Position numbers and translations under genes: made by a program. A DNA stretch of 64,000 bases, from the NCBI RefSeq assembly GCF_009834535.1, contig NC_045704.1:12090001-12154000 (forward strand), in the 5' to 3' direction. The notes beneath the pieces are model-generated. The model saw only the letters and a list, made by a program, of their open reading frames with translations, did not search any database and was not told the origin of the DNA. Below, piece after piece: positions 37,693 through 50,965 of this stretch. How positions within the stretch are numbered: position 1 is the first letter of the stretch; the number at the start of each line of letters is the position of its first letter. The DNA comes from Camelus ferus (lineage: Eukaryota).

Positions 37693-38007
37693 ATGGCCAT
37701 GAACTTTCAGGAAGTGAGGAGGGGCCCAGCAGGGGGAGGAAGGCCCCGGGCAGGGGTCAGGGGGAGGGAAGAGAGGGAACGGGACCTGACCTCTGACCCC
37801 TCCACCCAGAACTGTGACCCTGGCCATAGCCGTATTCACCATCCTCGCCTCCATCTACTTCTTCAACAAGGTGAGTGGGAAGAGGGCAGAGGGGGTAGGC
37901 TGGAGCTCTGTTGATTTGGCCTTCATTTTACCATATTGGCTGTCTCTTTCTCTCCCATGTTTCTGTGTATCTCTCTGTCTCTTTTCCTCTCTTAGGCTCA
38001 GCAATGA
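37693..38007 (+). CDS. SMIM47: SMIM47-like single-TM micropeptide (…TVTLAIAVFTILASIYFFNK|AQQ*); exons about 37693/37699-37713, 37810-37870, 37996-38007; start/frame unresolved
   Basis: Hydrophobic mini-exon with AG acceptor and AAG|GTGAGT donor, last exon GCT CAG CAA TGA, AATAAA at 38076-38081, and position between ACP4 and GPR32. The simplest exon 1-2 junction is off by one base. Confidence 0.55.
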
Positions 38008-40876
38008 GAAGACACAAGATCCCTGATCCAAGAGCCCCGCCTCTTCCTGGACCATGGCTCTGGCCTCTGAGACCAAATAAATGTAACTGAATCAGCACAT
38101 CCTGCTCCGTCTCCCCACCCTAGCAGGCACACAGTCTCGGGCCAGCTCTGTCTGAGGGCCAGGCGTCTGGGTCAGAGAGAGGAGGCCTGGACTCCCGGGT
38201 CTGGGGAAAGTAGGGGCAAATGGCTGGGGCTCTCAGGTTGGAGGCTAGAGCCTAGAATCTGAATTCAGTTTTGAGGGATGAGTAGGAGTCTGTCAGGAAC
38301 ATTTAGAGACGGGAAAGGACAGTCCAACTTTGGGTGCAGGAGCACAGAGAGGAGAAGGAGCAGGGCTGACTCACCACCTGCTGCCAAGACAGCTGCTGTG
38401 CGCTTCAGATTTGTTCCTTAACCTTGGTCCAGTGGGCCCCCAAAGGCCATAGCAAGGACACCCTGAGATCAAAGATGTGAATAGAATTTTCAAGCTGCAC
38501 AGGGTCTCTGGTTGCCGTCTTCATTGCTATATTGTATCCACACATCTTCCTCTTTTCTTAGAAAACTCCTGTTCTGCCTTCAATACCCACCGTAAATGCT
38601 TCTTACTGTAGAAGTATCCAGACCTCCAGACACACAGTCAGTTACCTGTTCCCTCACTAGCCACCTCCTACCCACTCCTTGTCTCCCCTCCCAGTGGGTG
38701 AAGTGCCCTGGGTGACACCCCAGCCTTTGGTTGAGCTTCATCCACTTTCTGATCAGATAAACAGTTTCATTTCAACTCAAGAGCTGAAAAGGCAGCCTCT
38801 GAGTAGGGTCACTGAACATCCTGGTTTCCCAGGAAAGGCCTAGCAAATTCTAATTAGAAACATATTTATAGCCTCAATATAACCTTGGTTTGCAGGTTAC
38901 AAATATTTGGAGCCAGTTGTTTCAGCATAATTGACAATAGCAACCTCTAATTCTCAAAAGCAGTCTCATTTGGAAGATAGTCTTACTTATAGGAGACCTT
39001 GGTTGCAAAACTAAGAGTAACCACACGGGGGCGGTGTTGGACCATGTTCCCAGACAGAAGTTGGCCTGCCGGGCTCCAGCAGGGAAGCTGGTTTCCCCAA
39101 AAGCAGAATTCTGAGTCAAGGGCAACAGAGGGGTCCTTGAGGCTTCGTCCCCTCTCCCAGACCTTTCTCTCTCCCTGGACCATAGCCCTGCCCCCTATCT
39201 CTGTCCCCCAGTCCTCACAGGAGTCGTTCTACAAGCAGAGCTGACCCGTACTTTTCAGCTCACAGCTCCCCACAACCCCTCTGGGACGAGTCCCAGCCTC
39301 TCAGCAGGGCATTGGAAACTGCGTGTGACCTGATGTCCTCCAGTCTTTTTTAAAAAAATCTCACCCACCTCCTACACCCCCTGTGTAGCATATCCTTAAC
39401 AACATATTAGTCAGAGGTAGTGGGGGGATAAACCACCCCAGTGCCTTTGCACATGCTGTGGCTCACAGTCTGAAGTGCCCTTTCCCACTTCTGTTTTGTC
39501 AGCTACCCCTGGAAGGCTTCCTATAATCAGATGGAAGCTGCTTGCCTATCCTGCCCTCCTCCATTCCCACTACCTTCCCTCCCACCCTTCCTGGCTGTGA
39601 CTGGGAGCATGAGGGTGGGAGTGCACAGAATAGGATCTGACTCCTGCTGAACCCCAAGCTTGGGTCTTGGCTATTCATGTTTGTAAAACAAATAAACACA
39701 GAAAAAGAAGTCGGTCTTTGCGTCCCTCCTCCCCACACCCACCTCCAGTGTTTTCAGCCATTTCGTGCTGGGTTTTTCAGTCCCCTGGGAGCACTCAAGG
39801 TTGCATTTGCACAACCACAGGCACTTGAAGATGGACGGTGCTTAGCCCGCTGCCTGTGGGAATCTCTGGGGAGCTTTTGAAATTCTCAGAGCCCTGGACC
39901 ACTTAAACCACGAAGCCTGGGGATGGGGCCTGGACATCGATTGGATTTTAAAAGCTCCCCCAGAGATTCTAATGCACAGACAGGTCAAGAGGCATCACTG
40001 TAATGCGTTTTCCAAAGATGGGAGAGATAGATTTTCCCCCTTGGAGCTCAGTGCATTTCTGAGGTAGCTCCATGGATACATCAAACGACTCAGAACATGG
40101 AGCAAAAATTAACCTTTAGTTTGGAAACGTTTGGCAGTTTGAAATCCAACAATGGCAAACAGCATTTCCCAGGGGCAGGGGGCACCGGAGGGATGGTTAA
40201 GGGGCATGTGCATATTTCAAAAGGCAGCCAGAGAAGACAAATGACTGGTGTCCTGGGGACTCAGAAAATCCGGTAGCCCAAGTGCTGGCCCGTTAATCAG
40301 TTCCACCTACGGGACAAAGGTATCCCGCTGTGCATGAGGCTTTCCCGGGTTTAGCTCTGAAAGTCCCATCTCCCAGCTATTGTATTGCTCTGTCCCGGGA
40401 TAACTGGGATGGTTGGTCACCCGCGTTCCAAATTCCTATCCCCTGTCTATCCTGTCTTTAGATCCAGGTCCATGTCCGTCTGTCTGTCTCTCCCCACTCG
40501 TTCTCCTCTTGTTCAGTTGGAGACTAGTTCTGTCTCCATCTCCTGCTGGGTCTTTGTATCTTTTTCTGCCTCGTCTCCCACCTGGTCCCTCCCCAAGCCT
40601 GACCTGTCCCTCATCTCCTCTCCCCGCCTTGGCCTCCGTCTGCCACCGCGTCTCTGTGACTCCATCACATCTGTGTTGGCGCCTGTTTGACCCTCTGCGC
40701 ATCTCTTCTTCCGCTTTGCCTGCTTTCTCTCTGGGTCCCTGTCCCTTCTCTCTGGTGGCCGCCCCCCTCTCTACACCTCTCTCTCTCTCAGCATCTCACC
40801 GTCTCCGAAGTTTGAGGAGATAGGAGACACCCCTTCCCATCCCCCAAAATGTCCCCAACCACCCAGGAATTTCCCT

Positions 40877-41920
40877 TCAGGTCCTCACAGTATGCCTGGG
40901 GCTTCGTCCTAGGTATCTGATCCCACCCATCTCCTCCTCCTCAGACTCCCCCCAACCTTGGCAGGAGCAGAGGGCCCTGCACAGGCGCTGCCTGAAGGCT
41001 TGGTCCCCGCACACGTAGAGCAGAAGGTTGAGACAGCCACTGGCCCCCACCAGGCGAGCCCCAGTGGTCTCAGCAGCACACAAACCTCCGTCATGTCTAG
41101 CCCGGCCTCTCGCGTCCCCAACCACAGCAACAGAAGCAGCAGGTGGAAGGGGACTGAGCAGAGAAGCAGCACGGCCCCTGTGGCCCAGGGCATCCCCAGC
41201 AGCCAGGGGCCTCCCTGTGGGCCTTGCCAGCTGCAGCCTGGCCTTTGGGAGGCCGTGGAAGATGCGCTGCTCCCTAAAAAAACCAAACACCAGCTGACTC
41301 AGTGCAGGGCTGGAGGGTGGGTGGGGAGGCTCCCCACCGGGCTGAGCCTCTCCCTTGCTGTCCTGTTATAAGGGTCCACTCTGTTCACCTGGCTCCCCAA
41401 GGCTCTCAGGGCTGGCGTGCCCAGGACCAGCAGAAAGAGCCAGAACCCACCGCCCCAGAAACCTGCCCTCCGGCCCGCACGGTGCTTCAGCGCCCAGGTG
41501 GGCTGGAGCACAGAGGTGTAGTGGTCGGTGGCCGTGCGGGTCAGCAGGCAGCCGCTGGCCTAGAAGGTGAGGAAGGCGAGGCCGGGATCCGGGTGGCAGA
41601 AGGTGTCACCCAGGGGCCAGCCGGAGTGCGTCCAGGTGAGGGTCAGTGGCAGGAGGATGGTGAAGGCGGCATCGGTCAGGGTCTGCTGGCCGAACCAGGT
41701 GACCGACAGAGGGGAAGGCAGGAGAGGTCCTGCCACTTGGATCACCAGGCTGTAGCTGACCGCCTCCAGGAGGGAGGAGGTGAGGGGGGCCAGGGAGTAG
41801 AGGAGGAAGAGGGCAGCCCCCAGTGGGCACAGGGCTCCGGCAGGTGACGGCTGCCAAGTCTCTGAAGGGTCCTCCGTGGGCTGAATGGTGCTGTGGGGAC
41901 CCCACAGGTCTCCAGGTTAG
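40877..41920 (-). pseudogene. Intronless chemoattractant-receptor-type (GPR32/FPR/CMKLR-like) GPCR relic
   Basis: TM2 LTDAAFTILLPL, WPLGDTFC, TM3 AFLTF*ASGCLL..ATDHYTSVLQPTWALKHR, TM6 LLLCSVPFHLLLLL, TM7 SGCLNLLLYV..DQAFRQRL. In-frame TAG at 41560-41562, frameshifts, truncated TM5, no ATG in frame. Confidence 0.75.
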
Positions 41921-43259
41921 CAATTCCCATCCCCTCAAACTTCTCCTGGTCCTCCATCTCAGGGACGGCCTCACCATCTACCCACACCTGGGGCGCTGGC
42001 CCTCCCCATCCTTCCCCTCACCTCCCACAGTCTCACTCTGATCCCTCTGCCCTGCCCCCTCCACCCTGTCTGCATCACCCTGGCCCAGCTCAGGCCTCCA
42101 CATCATCTGGCTGGACTCTCAGCCTCCTCCTGGGCCTCCCTGCCTCCAATCATCCTCTCCAGTCCATCTGAGCCACGGCTCCAGAGTGGACCTGCCCCTT
42201 CCCCTGCTCACAGGCCTCCCATGGCTCCCCAGTACCCCTGGCCAAAGTCCCAGCCCCTCAGCCTGGGGTGGAGACCCTGGGTGGTCTGGCCCACTCTCCC
42301 CTGCACCCCTTACCCTGTCCTTATCATCACATCATCGCATCAAACCATTCCCAGAACTAGCCTGTCGCTCCAGTTCCATGCCCTTCACCCCTGCTGTCCT
42401 CCTGCATTCTCTCAAGAAACCTGTATCCTTCAAGGACTGCTGGGTCCTGGCTGTGCTAAGCCCCACGAGACGGCTACTCTTACCAGCTCCACCTTTCAGA
42501 CAGAGAATCTGAAGCTCAGCAAGGGACAGGCACTTGCTCAAAGTCAAAGCAGGCAAAGCAGAGACCCAGCCTGGATTTGCACTCACACCTGGGATGGGAA
42601 CACAGGGGGTCCTGCTCTGTTTTCAGACCTCAGCTTACACATTCTGTTCCCTCGTTGTCCTGAGCTCACCAATGAGTGGGAGGCAGGCGTCTTCCAGGGT
42701 GTCTGAGCAGGAGCTGGCAGCCTCATCTCCCCTCGAGGACCCGAGATGGGGAGGTGTGGGCAGCTCACAAATGGAGAGAAATCAGAGGGGCCACCATACA
42801 GGGTCTGAGCATGGGCCACACTCTCCCCATCTGTGGCCTAAAGGATTAGCTTGTTGGCCTGGGTGCTGTCTTCCCATCGCCCCTCCCACCCCCCACCACC
42901 CCAGGATAAGGTCTGAGCCCTTCAGCCTGGCATTTGCTGCCCTCCCTGTGGTGGCCCCACCCACATCACCAGCTGCCTAGCTTACCACTTCCCTTCCTTC
43001 TGCTCTGGAGTTCCTAGAACAAGCCACCTAGTTTCATGCACACATGCACACACTCAGCCTTTGTCCATGCTATTTCCTCATTCTGGACCACTTTGCCCTA
43101 TCACTTCGGCCAACAAACTCCTACTCATGCTTCAAAACCCAAATGAGGGTCACCATCCCCAGAAACCCTTCTCTGACTACTGCTCACCTGACTAGACTAA
43201 TCAAATATCACCTTCATTGAATGTAGGGTCTCTGAGACGGGGTTCAAGCTAAGCCAAGG

Positions 43260-43480
43260 GCAGGAACTAAGTGTTAGCAGTGTTCTATGACCTTCACATG
43301 CACCATGTTAATTCATTCTTCCAAGAACCCTGTGAGGATGGTACTCTTGCTGTCCTCATTTTATCAAGGGGGAAAGCAGAGGCAAACTTACATAACTGAG
43401 CCATCATGTAAATGAAACAACTGAGAAAAGAATCCAGGTTGACTGACTCCAGGATCTGAAGTCTTAACCATTGGATGATT
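43260..43480 (+). mobile_element. MIR SINE
   Basis: attcttccaagaaccctgtgagg...cattttatcaagggggaaagcagagg...gaatccaggttgactgactcc. Confidence 0.6.
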
Positions 43481-43939
43481 TTGCCTAAACCAATACATAT
43501 TGAATGAATAAATGAATGAATCACCCTTGAACAACCAACCCACACTGCATCATGGTGTGTTCATAAAATAAATGAACGAATGCATGTATTCCCATCTCCA
43601 GATGGCAAACTCAGACATCAATTCCCAAGGCAAATGTTCCCCTCCTCCAGGAAGCCCTCCCTGACTTTTCCAGGCAGAGTCCTCCTACAGCCTCTTTCCC
43701 TTCTACTGATCCTTTAATCTCTCCAGACTGGAACTGTCTGTGCCTTGTCTCCTGTGCCAGCCCGGGAGCCACCCGGAGGGTTGACTCATATCTATGTCCC
43801 CAGTAACCCCCGGCTTAGGACCAGGTGCTCAGGAGGCCTCAGGACATATTTGCTTTTACAGCCAATGGCCTGGAGACAGACCAGGAAGAAGATGAGGTTA
43901 AAAGCTAACCTCCATGTAGGATCCCCCCAAGGGATCCCC

Positions 43940-44420
43940 ATCACCCTCCCCACTGTTCCTTAACCGTCCGTCACACTCCCGCCTTCAGGCCTTTGCACTC
44001 GCTGTGCCCCCTGCCTAGGATGCCCTTTCCCACGCACCCTCCTAGCCAGCCTCATATCATTCAGATCTCTGCTCAAGGTCCCCTCTTCCAAGTGTCTGAC
44101 AGCAGCACCCCTCATCACTTGCTCTCCTCTTTTCCCCGCCGTAGCACTGATGATCATGTATTGGTTTTCATTTTTGACTTTGTTTAATTGTCTTCACCCC
44201 TCTCCCCTGCCCCAATGCTGAAATGGAGAAATTCCATAAAAGTCGGGGTTTTCGTCCTGGAAATTTGTCCAGTGCCGCTGGGGAGCCATGGGAGGTGTGT
44301 GAGCAGAAGAGGGGTAGGGTCAACAGTGGGTTTAGAAGGACCCCTCTGGGGCCCCGTGGGGGTGGATAGAGACTATGCCTGGCACATAGTAGGTGCTCAA
44401 AGAATATTGCTGGATAAATG
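43940..44420 (+). mobile_element. L2 LINE 3' remnant
   Basis: ggcctttgcactcgctgtgccccctgcctaggatgccc...tgcctggcacatagtaggtgctcaaaagaatattgctggataaatg. Confidence 0.7.
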
Positions 44421-44444
44421 GATGGATGAGTGTGAGTAGGGAAC

Positions 44445-44885
44445 TCCATGCCCACTGTAGTAGGGAGATTCATGGCCCCAAATGTGTCCATGCCCTAATT
44501 CCCGGAACCTGTGGGGAAGTCACCTTATATGGCAAAGGGGAATGAAGGCTAGAATGAAGACTGCTAGTCAGATGACCCTAAAAGAGGGAAATGGTCCTGG
44601 ATTATGCAGGTCAGCCCATTATAGTCACCAGCATCCTGATACGTGGAAGAGGGAGGAAGAGAGAGATTTGAAGACGCTACCTGCTGGGCTTTGTAGACTG
44701 AGGATGGAGTCGTGAGCCATGAAAAGGGGCGGCCTCCAGGAGCTGGGAAAGGAAAAGAGATGGAGGCTCCTCTAGAGCCCAGAGACACCTATTTAGGACC
44801 TCTGACCCCCAGAATCATGAGCTAAATGTGTGTTGCTTTAATCTACCAAAGTGGGAACTTGTTACAGCAGCCATAGCAAACCAAT
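44445..44885 (+). mobile_element. MLT1D-like MaLR solo LTR
   Basis: atggccccaaatgtgtccatgccctaattcccggaacctgtg...tctagagcc...ttgttacagcagccatagcaaaccaatac. Confidence 0.75.
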
Positions 44886-46029
44886 ACACCCATTTCCTAG
44901 ACTGGCAGTTGGAGGCTCTCTGAAGGCCACACAATCAACTGGTGAGTTTGTCTCTGGGGTCAGGGAGGGTAGGAAGTTGGGGGCAGGCCTCAGGGATAGG
45001 GGAGGTCTGGACCCAGGATGGTCAAAAGACAGGCCTGGAGGGAGTGGCCAGGCTGTAGGGGGAGGGGTGGGGCCAGTGGTGGGGAAATAGGAAGGAGCTG
45101 GGCTCAGGAAGGGACTGTGGGTCTCTGCTCTGCCAGGCTTCAACCTGTGGCTTCTGTTGAGGGATTGGGGGTAGGGGTGGTGAGAGGAGAGGGAGAGGAG
45201 AGGGGGACCCATCACCAGCCTCTGCCTACATTCACTCCCTCCCTCCCTCCCCACTTTCGGCTTCTTACCACACTCCCCTTCTCCATCCCGCAGCCTGGCC
45301 CTGCTCAGGCCTATTCCTCTTTCCCTAGACCCTTCCCCTCAGTCTTCTCTTGGTCTCTGTCCACCCCTACAGGTCCCCAGAGGGGCCTTTCTATACCCAG
45401 GGTTGGCACTACCCCTCTCCTTCTCACACACCTCCCATGGCTCCCCAGTGCCCCTGGACAAAGTCCCAGACCCTCAGCCTGTTCCTCCACTGTGGTCCAT
45501 CAGAGCTCCCCAGTTCTACCTCACATAGGTTTCCCCTTGAGCTCTGGGCACCACAGACCTGGTACTGCTCTGTCACAGCCATGACCACCTTGGTTCTCAC
45601 CATCCATGCCCATCTCTGCGGCCAGCCTGTGGCCTCTTTGAGATCCGGGTCCTAGTCTGACTCCTCCAGAGTCCCCAGCATCACACCCCTCTCCAGAGAG
45701 GAAGCATACAAGGGGGTCCTCATTTTCAAGTGAATGATTCCATTAATACTCTATAAACCCATGTCAATGGTTAGTATGAGACAGAGAAGGGTGAGACAGG
45801 ACATCATTCATCACAGAACGCATCCCAGGCATGAAGGACCCAGAAGCAATGAAACAGACAAGAGTGCAAGGCTGTCATGTTGCCCTTCCTTTATTTTATT
45901 CCACATGAACGAGATTGGGAACCAGGAGACCCACAGCACAGCTGGCTGGGACTCCCATGGTGCTGAGTTTGAATCCCAACCCTGACATCTTGACCCCACC
46001 TGAGACCTCGAGCAAGTAAGTCTCCACCC

Positions 46030-46440
46030 CAGCAAGGCTGCACGAGGATAAGAAAGCATTCAGGTGCTCAGGCAACAGGAATAGAACCTGTGACTTGGCA
46101 GCCGCAGGGGGAAGGTTTCAGGTGTCAGGGGGTGACAGCTATTTTCCGACACTTGAAGACAGTCCTGTCTGTCTCCCACGGCTGGGAACAGCTCAAACCA
46201 GGCCAGGTTAGGGGCGCCCCCCACCCTCCTTGCTGAGAGAAACAGAGGTAGTGATTAAGAGCACGTAATTGCCTCCCTCCTGCCTGGGAGGTAAATATCT
46301 TTCTGTGGGAGCCTGCTGTTCAGGACTGTCTTTCCTAGTCTGTGAGCACAGAGGCAGCCGTTGTCAGGCATGCTTGGATTCCCAGGGGATGGGGGAGATT
46401 TGTACCTACTGTGTGCTCGGTCAGGACTTATAGTGACAGA
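46030..46440 (-). mobile_element. Probable old ERV solo LTR
   Basis: Starts with TGTCA on the minus strand and has LTR-like composition; family not identified. Confidence 0.35.
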
Positions 46441-47699
46441 GTATGGTGTGGAAGTGGAGACTGTGGGCTCTGAAGGATAATGTCAACCCCTCCTCTGGAA
46501 GGTTGGCCCCGCCCACTCGAATGTCGGCCCCTCCCCCAGAACGTTGGCTCCTCCGCATTCAAATATCGGTCCCGCCCACAGGAAAGTCTATGCCTCCAAG
46601 GTGGGGGTCTTCGTCTCCTTCACCTTTCTGACTTTGGTACCATTCCCCTGACAGGTAATCAATAAACATAATTGGATGGATTAGTGGGGTCAGACTGCTC
46701 AAGTGCTGACTACCAGCTGACTCGCTGTGTGACCTCTGGTGAGTGACTTTACCTCTCTGGGTTTCAAATTGCTTCATCAATGGGCATGATCAGAGTAGCG
46801 CTCTTACAGGGTCAAGATGCTGATTTCGGGAGTCCACAGGTTTATAAAGCTTCGGACAGGACCTGGTGCCCAGAACATGATCAATACCTGTGAGCTGTCC
46901 TTTTGGGATGAATGAAGGAGTGAATCTATTCCTTGAGTCCTCATAGAAATCTTATTAGAGAAGGATTTTCAGTCCCTGTTTGACGGAGTAAGAATCTGAG
47001 GTTTAGGGCGTCTTCCACCCCCACCCCCTTCACTGACGCTGATCAAGGAAATGCTGATTCCCTTACCGGGCCACGCCGAGAGGCTGTGCTTTCTCTGGGT
47101 CTCTAAACCCACCTTACCAACCATGACGGGTACTCTCCAGTCAAAGACCAAGATCTTCCCCAAGAGATTCCGGCAGCGGCTGTGAAAACCACAGTCTCCT
47201 TGAAAGACTACTTAACCTACATTCATTAGAAAATCAATGCAAATTAAAAACCTCACCGGGATCCCACTATTCTCTGAGAAGGCGGGGAGATCAAAGAGGC
47301 TGACAGTGTGGTTGTGTTGGCGAAGCTTTGGGAAACTGCCTTTCCAAGAGCCCTGTGGCGGAGTCTGGCAACATCTAACACACCCTCTGACCCTGCCAGT
47401 CCCCGAGGAAAGATCTATTCTAACAGATGACAAGAGTGATAATAGCAAACACACCACATCTCCAAGGGGCCAGGCACCGAACTAAGTTCCTTACCCACAT
47501 TAATTTAGCATGTAATCATCACAGCGACTTTTTGAGGGATGTACTGTTAGATCGCAATTTCACACAGGTGGAAACTGAGGCATGGAGAGTGGAAGCAGCT
47601 AGATCGTGGTCACCCAGCTATAAGCAGTCGTCTTCTTGGAGTGTCCACTGAAGTTCACGAGGACAAATGTAAAAGAATATTATTGTTGGAGACAGAGAA

Positions 47700-49390
47700 T
47701 GAAAGAACCAGTTTCTTCACATTATTCACTTTTTTCTTTTTTGTTAATTTCCTCATTATTATCTATCCATGCTTTCTTTCAAATTTTACTGCATTCATTT
47801 TATTGTGCTTTATCTAGCCTCTTGAATTGTTCGCTTTGCTCATCTCCTTTCAAATTAGCATTTTTCTAATTAGCATTCAAAGCTATAGCTTTTCCTCAGA
47901 GTATAACTTTGGCCCTACCTCACAAGTTTTGTTGTGTAGTGTGCTCATTTCTAAATAAATGGCACTCCAGTTTCATTCTTCCATTTAATCCATGAGTTAC
48001 CTAGAGGGTGTTTTGAAATGTGCAAAGCAATCTGAGTGTTTGTGGTTATTCTTTGTTATTATTTTCTCATTTTGAATGTAGTCCGTATTACTTCTTCTTT
48101 TGGAAATCAACCTGTGCTGTGTTTGTGACCCATAGTACACTCTTGTGGTGGGGGGGTAGGGAGAATATCATTGCAGGACTCTGATTTTTTTTTAATACTG
48201 TGAAGTCCATTATTGGGACAACTAGTAAATTTGAATATAGATTGTTTATTAGACAATGTCAATGTTAAAGTTCTTGAAGGTGGTGTTGATACTATGGTTG
48301 TGCTGGAGAAATGGCCTTGTTCTTAAGAGACACAGATTAAAGAATTTACAGGTGAAATATCTTAAAGTCTGCACCTACTTTCAAAAAGTTCAACATTTTC
48401 TAGAGGTGCCTCTGACCAACAACTGTGCTGAGAGCTCCTTCCCTCAGCCTCCCAGACTTCACATCTCCCAGGGGGTCTGTTCATCACTTGGGTGTACCAT
48501 CGTATGTACATATGTATGTATGTATATAGAGAGATTAGATAGACAGGTGTATATTTAAAGAGAAGAAGAGAGAAATACACAGATAAGTAGAGAGAGAGGA
48601 GAGGCTGACAGAGACAAAGACAGAAATAGAACAATAGGGAAATATACCGACAAAGAGAAAGAGAAAGGAAGAGACGGGAGGGAAAATATATGAGAATGGG
48701 CAAATATTAACATTTGATAGATTTAGTTGAAAGGTACATTGCATTATTCTTGTAACTGTAGGTTTGAAATGTTTCAAATGAAAAATTTGAAAGGAAAAAG
48801 GCAAGGCAAAAAATTACCAGTAAACATTAAGGTAGAGATTATCTTTAAAGGAGATAGAAGAGTGTTTGGGAGTGGGAGGGAGAGGAGTGCTGGGTTGGCT
48901 GACAGTGTTCTATTCCACAACCTGTGAAGTTGCATGAATGTTCACTCTGTGATAAATCAATTCCTCCACTCTTGTTTCTGTGTTGTTTGGAATGGGTTAT
49001 ATTGAATAATTTTTAAGTTTCAATAATGTCATTGAAGCATTTTCAAAGCAAGCTAAATGCTCATCAACGGGGGATGGATAAAATACCTTTGGGCACAGTG
49101 CATCCAAACCAGGAAATATTTGACAACCAGCACTGAAAAATTATGTCAGATTTCATGTAGTATATGCAACCATCTCCAAAATATCCTTTTAATAAAACAC
49201 ACATGCACACACAATGTAAGATAATGTAAACACATGTTCTGTTTGAGCCAAAAATTCTTCTGCATACATGCCGAGGATACCTGGAAGGATACACAAGAAA
49301 CTGACAACAGTCTCTGGTGAAAAAAGATGGAATGGAGGGTCTGGAAGGAGTGAAAGAATCATTTTCTTTTTCACTATGTGCCTACATTAA
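47700..49390. mobile_element. Old L1M fragments
   Basis: AT-rich L1M 3'-end text (gattgtttattagacaatgtcaatgttaaagttcttg; ctggaaggatacacaagaaactg). Confidence 0.55.
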
Positions 49391-49396
49391 AGTTTT

Positions 49397-49526
49397 TTTG
49401 GGGGGAGGGGCAAGTAATTATGTTTATTTATTTTTATTTATTTATTTTTAGAGGAGGTACTGGGGATTGAGCCCAGGACCTATGCGTGCTAAGCATGTAC
49501 TCTTCCACTAAGCTATATCCTCCCCC
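49397..49526 (-). mobile_element. vic-1-like SINE
   Basis: Reverse-complement tRNA-Ala-like head, flanked by taaagtttt on both sides. Confidence 0.82.
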
Positions 49527-49779
49527 TAAAGTTTTGTTTTTTAATAAATCATTTTCCCCAGCTTATTTTTTAAGGTGCTTCTATCCTCCATAATATTTGG
49601 ACATTGTATCATTTCATCCTCTCTTCATCCATGAAATATGAAAGCATTTGGTCCAGTATTACAGAGAGAACCGAGGCTCTGAGTGGGGAGTTCTTAGGGC
49701 TAATCAGAGCAGGACCAGAGCCATTTCTTCTGATTATGAACAAGTAGCATGATAGCTTTTGGTTCAGGTTTTTAAAAAT

Positions 49780-50830
49780 GTTTGCCTCTACCTAGAATCA
49801 AGGGAATTGTCCACTGTTACCAGGGACCACTTGGATTTCTGTTCCTGGAAAGGAGTATTTATTATACACATCAGTAGGGCTGCTATGGGTTTCAAGTAAC
49901 AGGAAACCTGACTCCAAACAGCTTCAACAATAAGGAAATTTATTACTTTGCTCACACAAGTTCCAAAGGTTGGCAGCATAATAGTTAAGGTATAGATTCA
50001 GCTGCTATAACAGAGACACAAAATAACAGTCACTGCAGTGAACTAGAAGTCAAAGTCTCTCTCTTCACAGCGTGGATGTAAGCATTCCAGGGCTGGTATG
50101 GGGACACAGTCACTTTCCATATGGTTCACCACTGCAAATGCTGTGGCAGGTTGCAAAAATGGCCCCAGTTCTGCACACCTTCCTGTATCTATGCTCCTTT
50201 GTGATGTCACTTTGCAGATTTTCCCCTTGGGAGGTGGAATCTATTTCCCCACCCTTGAAATTAGTCACATTGTACAAAGTGCCAAGTGTAGATCTTATGC
50301 TCCCCATCTTCCTCTTGGAACCTTCTGCAGCCACCATGTAAAGAAGCCCCAGTTAGCCTGCAGGACGATGAGAGCCATAGTTCTATCTGTCTCATCATCC
50401 TAGCTGACGGTCAGCCACCCCTCCCAGAGACAAAGTCACTTAGCTCACCCATAGCTGACTACAATGCCTGAGGAAACTCAGCCAAAACAAAAAACTGCTC
50501 AGCTGAGCCCAGACCAAGTTGATAACCCAAAGAAATCATAAAAGGTTATGATTTTAATCCTGTAAGTTTGGAGATGTTTGTTACACTGCAAAGCTAACTG
50601 ATACATCTGCATTCTAGACAATGAAAAGGGGGAAATGGAGGAATGGAGGGCAGGCACATTTCCATTAAGGGTACTTCAAGGAAGTTACAGTGATTACTTT
50701 TACTCACAACCTATTGGCCAGAAAGCAGTCACATGGCCTTATCTAGTTGCAAGGGGCAAAGGAAAATGTTTCTCTGGCTAACCATGTGCATAGTTTAAAA
50801 CAAATTAGGAGTCTTACCATAAAGGAAGGG
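49780..50830. mobile_element. Nested MaLR (MLT1) LTR fragments
   Basis: gggtttcaagtaacaggaaacctgactcc...; gccaccatgtaaagaagcccc...; cacaacctattggccagaaagcagtcacatggcc. Confidence 0.55.
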
Positions 50831-50965
50831 TTAGAATGGATACTGGGGAAAAACTAGATGTCTTTAATGGAGAGATTTAGATAAGAGATCTCCAGGAAGA
50901 CTTCCTGAAAGAAGAGGCAGGATTTGACAGATTCTTGGAAGTCAGCCTAGGGAAAGGGCTGCAAA

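Noticed and set aside
40340-40430. kB-like motifs (GGCTTTCCC, GAAAGTCCC) next to the GPCR relic
   Set aside because: Short motifs adjacent to a hAT/MER91-like remnant with no supporting context; expected by chance
42200-45500. Similar segments ccatggctccccagt..ccctgg..aaagtcccag..cctcagcctg at about 42220 and 45435, suggesting a duplication
   Set aside because: Both match a common L2 motif, so they are independent old LINE fragments
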